Source: a virus. From it: a DNA stretch of 64,000 nucleotides. Positions within the stretch are counted from its first letter, which is position 1. Each line of letters begins with the position of its first letter. Shown here piece after piece: positions 63,129-64,000 of this stretch. Both the position numbers and the translations under genes were made by a program. Location: positions 8,075 to 72,074 of IMG/VR virus record IMGVR_UViG_3300005611_000012; one strand, given 5' to 3'. The notes below the pieces were generated by a model that made no database searches, was not told the origin of the DNA, and saw only the letters and a program-made list of their open reading frames with translations.

Positions 63129-64000
63129 TTAGCCGAGCAGTTTTTCTTCCAGTTTAGCGAAGTCCTCATCCGACATGTCCATAACGGACGCATCGACTTT
63201 GGGCGGGACAGCTGGTGCTTGTTTCACCGGCGCTACTCCTGAAGGGTCACCGCCTGCGGCGGCTTTCTTCTTTGCAGCTGCTGTTTCGATAACCTTCGAC
63301 TCTGCTGGCGTGGTTGCTGTTTCCGTTGAGGGTGAGCTCGTAGACTCGGACCCAGTGCTAAAAGCGCCACTTTTCTCCAAATCGGATCCTACTTGGTAGT
63401 AGGCCTCCAGCCAGGGTACATTGTTGGCCAGTGTTCCCAGAGTTTGTCGTCGGTTCACCTCAGAAGTGATCCGGTCAAAGACACCGGAGTCCTTTTGGCG
63501 AACGAGGATAGGAAGGATCTCAGGATCCTCGACAAGCCTGTTCCTACTGTCATCGTCCCAATCCTTTTGGATTGTTCTCAAGATCGCATCACCGTTCGGG
63601 GTCCCTTGGACTGTACCGATGTTCTCGGTTAATGCGACGTCCTTGTCACTCACCAGGTGGTTCGTGGGACGATATTCTTTGTCTGCGCTACGGGCTGCAT
63701 CCGTATTCTCTATGTCATACGGTTCCAGCTTCGCATCGCGAACAAGTTTCTTAATAGCATCAACTTTCCCGTTTGCGCAATCAATAAGAAAGTTTAGCTG
63801 ATTATTATCGATTTTGTTGTGATCCAGGGTTTGCTGGATAGCGAGTGCTGGACGGACTTTTTGCTGGTATTTAACGAAACCAGCGCCCATCTGCATCAAC
63901 CGTACAGCTTCTTCAGGGGTCTCAACTTGGATGTCTTTGCCGTTGGCCTTAAAGACAGAGAAGACAGCGTCATATACTTCGGCCTTTTTGTCGGCCGTTA
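63129..64000 (-). CDS. N4 gp57-like protein (3' part; runs off the window end)
   Basis: Frame open to 64000: FKANGKDIQVETPEEAVRLMQMGA...; MSDEDFAKL C-terminus; directly upstream of MCP. Confidence 0.85.
   Translation of the reverse strand, partial: TADKKAEVYDAVFSVFKANGKDIQVETPEEAVRLMQMGAGFVKYQQKVRPALAIQQTLDHNKIDNNQLNFLIDCANGKVDAIKKLVRDAKLEPYDIENTDAARSADKEYRPTNHLVSDKDVALTENIGTVQGTPNGDAILRTIQKDWDDDSRNRLVEDPEILPILVRQKDSGVFDRITSEVNRRQTLGTLANNVPWLEAYYQVGSDLEKSGAFSTGSESTSSPSTETATTPAESKVIETAAAKKKAAAGGDPSGVAPVKQAPAVPPKVDASVMDMSDEDFAKLEEKLLG

Overview
This window is most of the genome of an N4-like (Schitoviridae) lytic phage, probably of an alphaproteobacterial host (inferred from protein families, not proven). 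It is a circularly permuted view. From left to right: (i) the 5' part of the terminase large subunit (minus strand), interrupted by an Ala1-starting LAGLIDADG intein, plus gp69-like and small late genes; (ii) a divergent intergenic region with a 60-nt G/C palindrome; (iii) a plus-strand tail fibre and membrane-protein module ending in a signal-less beta-barrel-like ORF; (iv) a cluster of small ORFs (9.8-13.6 kb), seven of which share a C-terminal motif; (v) an early region with four conserved hairpin elements that look like virion-RNAP promoters of non-N4 geometry, followed by a gp2/Drc-like SSB and the split RNAP II subunits; (vi) the N4 core of AAA/vWA, helicase, DNA polymerase, nuclease, primase, gp44 ATPase, SSB and RusA-like resolvase; (vii) an accessory island (39.3-42.4 kb) with a DUF2829/Tad2-like gene, a 55-nt truncated tRNA-like element, two long structured non-coding tracts and an HhH-GPD-like ORF; (viii) a 4131-aa virion RNA polymerase with two HExxH zincin-like domains, then the structural genes up to the major capsid protein and a truncated gp57-like gene. 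No CRISPR array, rRNA, integrase, reverse transcriptase or canonical tRNA was found. All family assignments are by motif recognition by eye; no database search was run.
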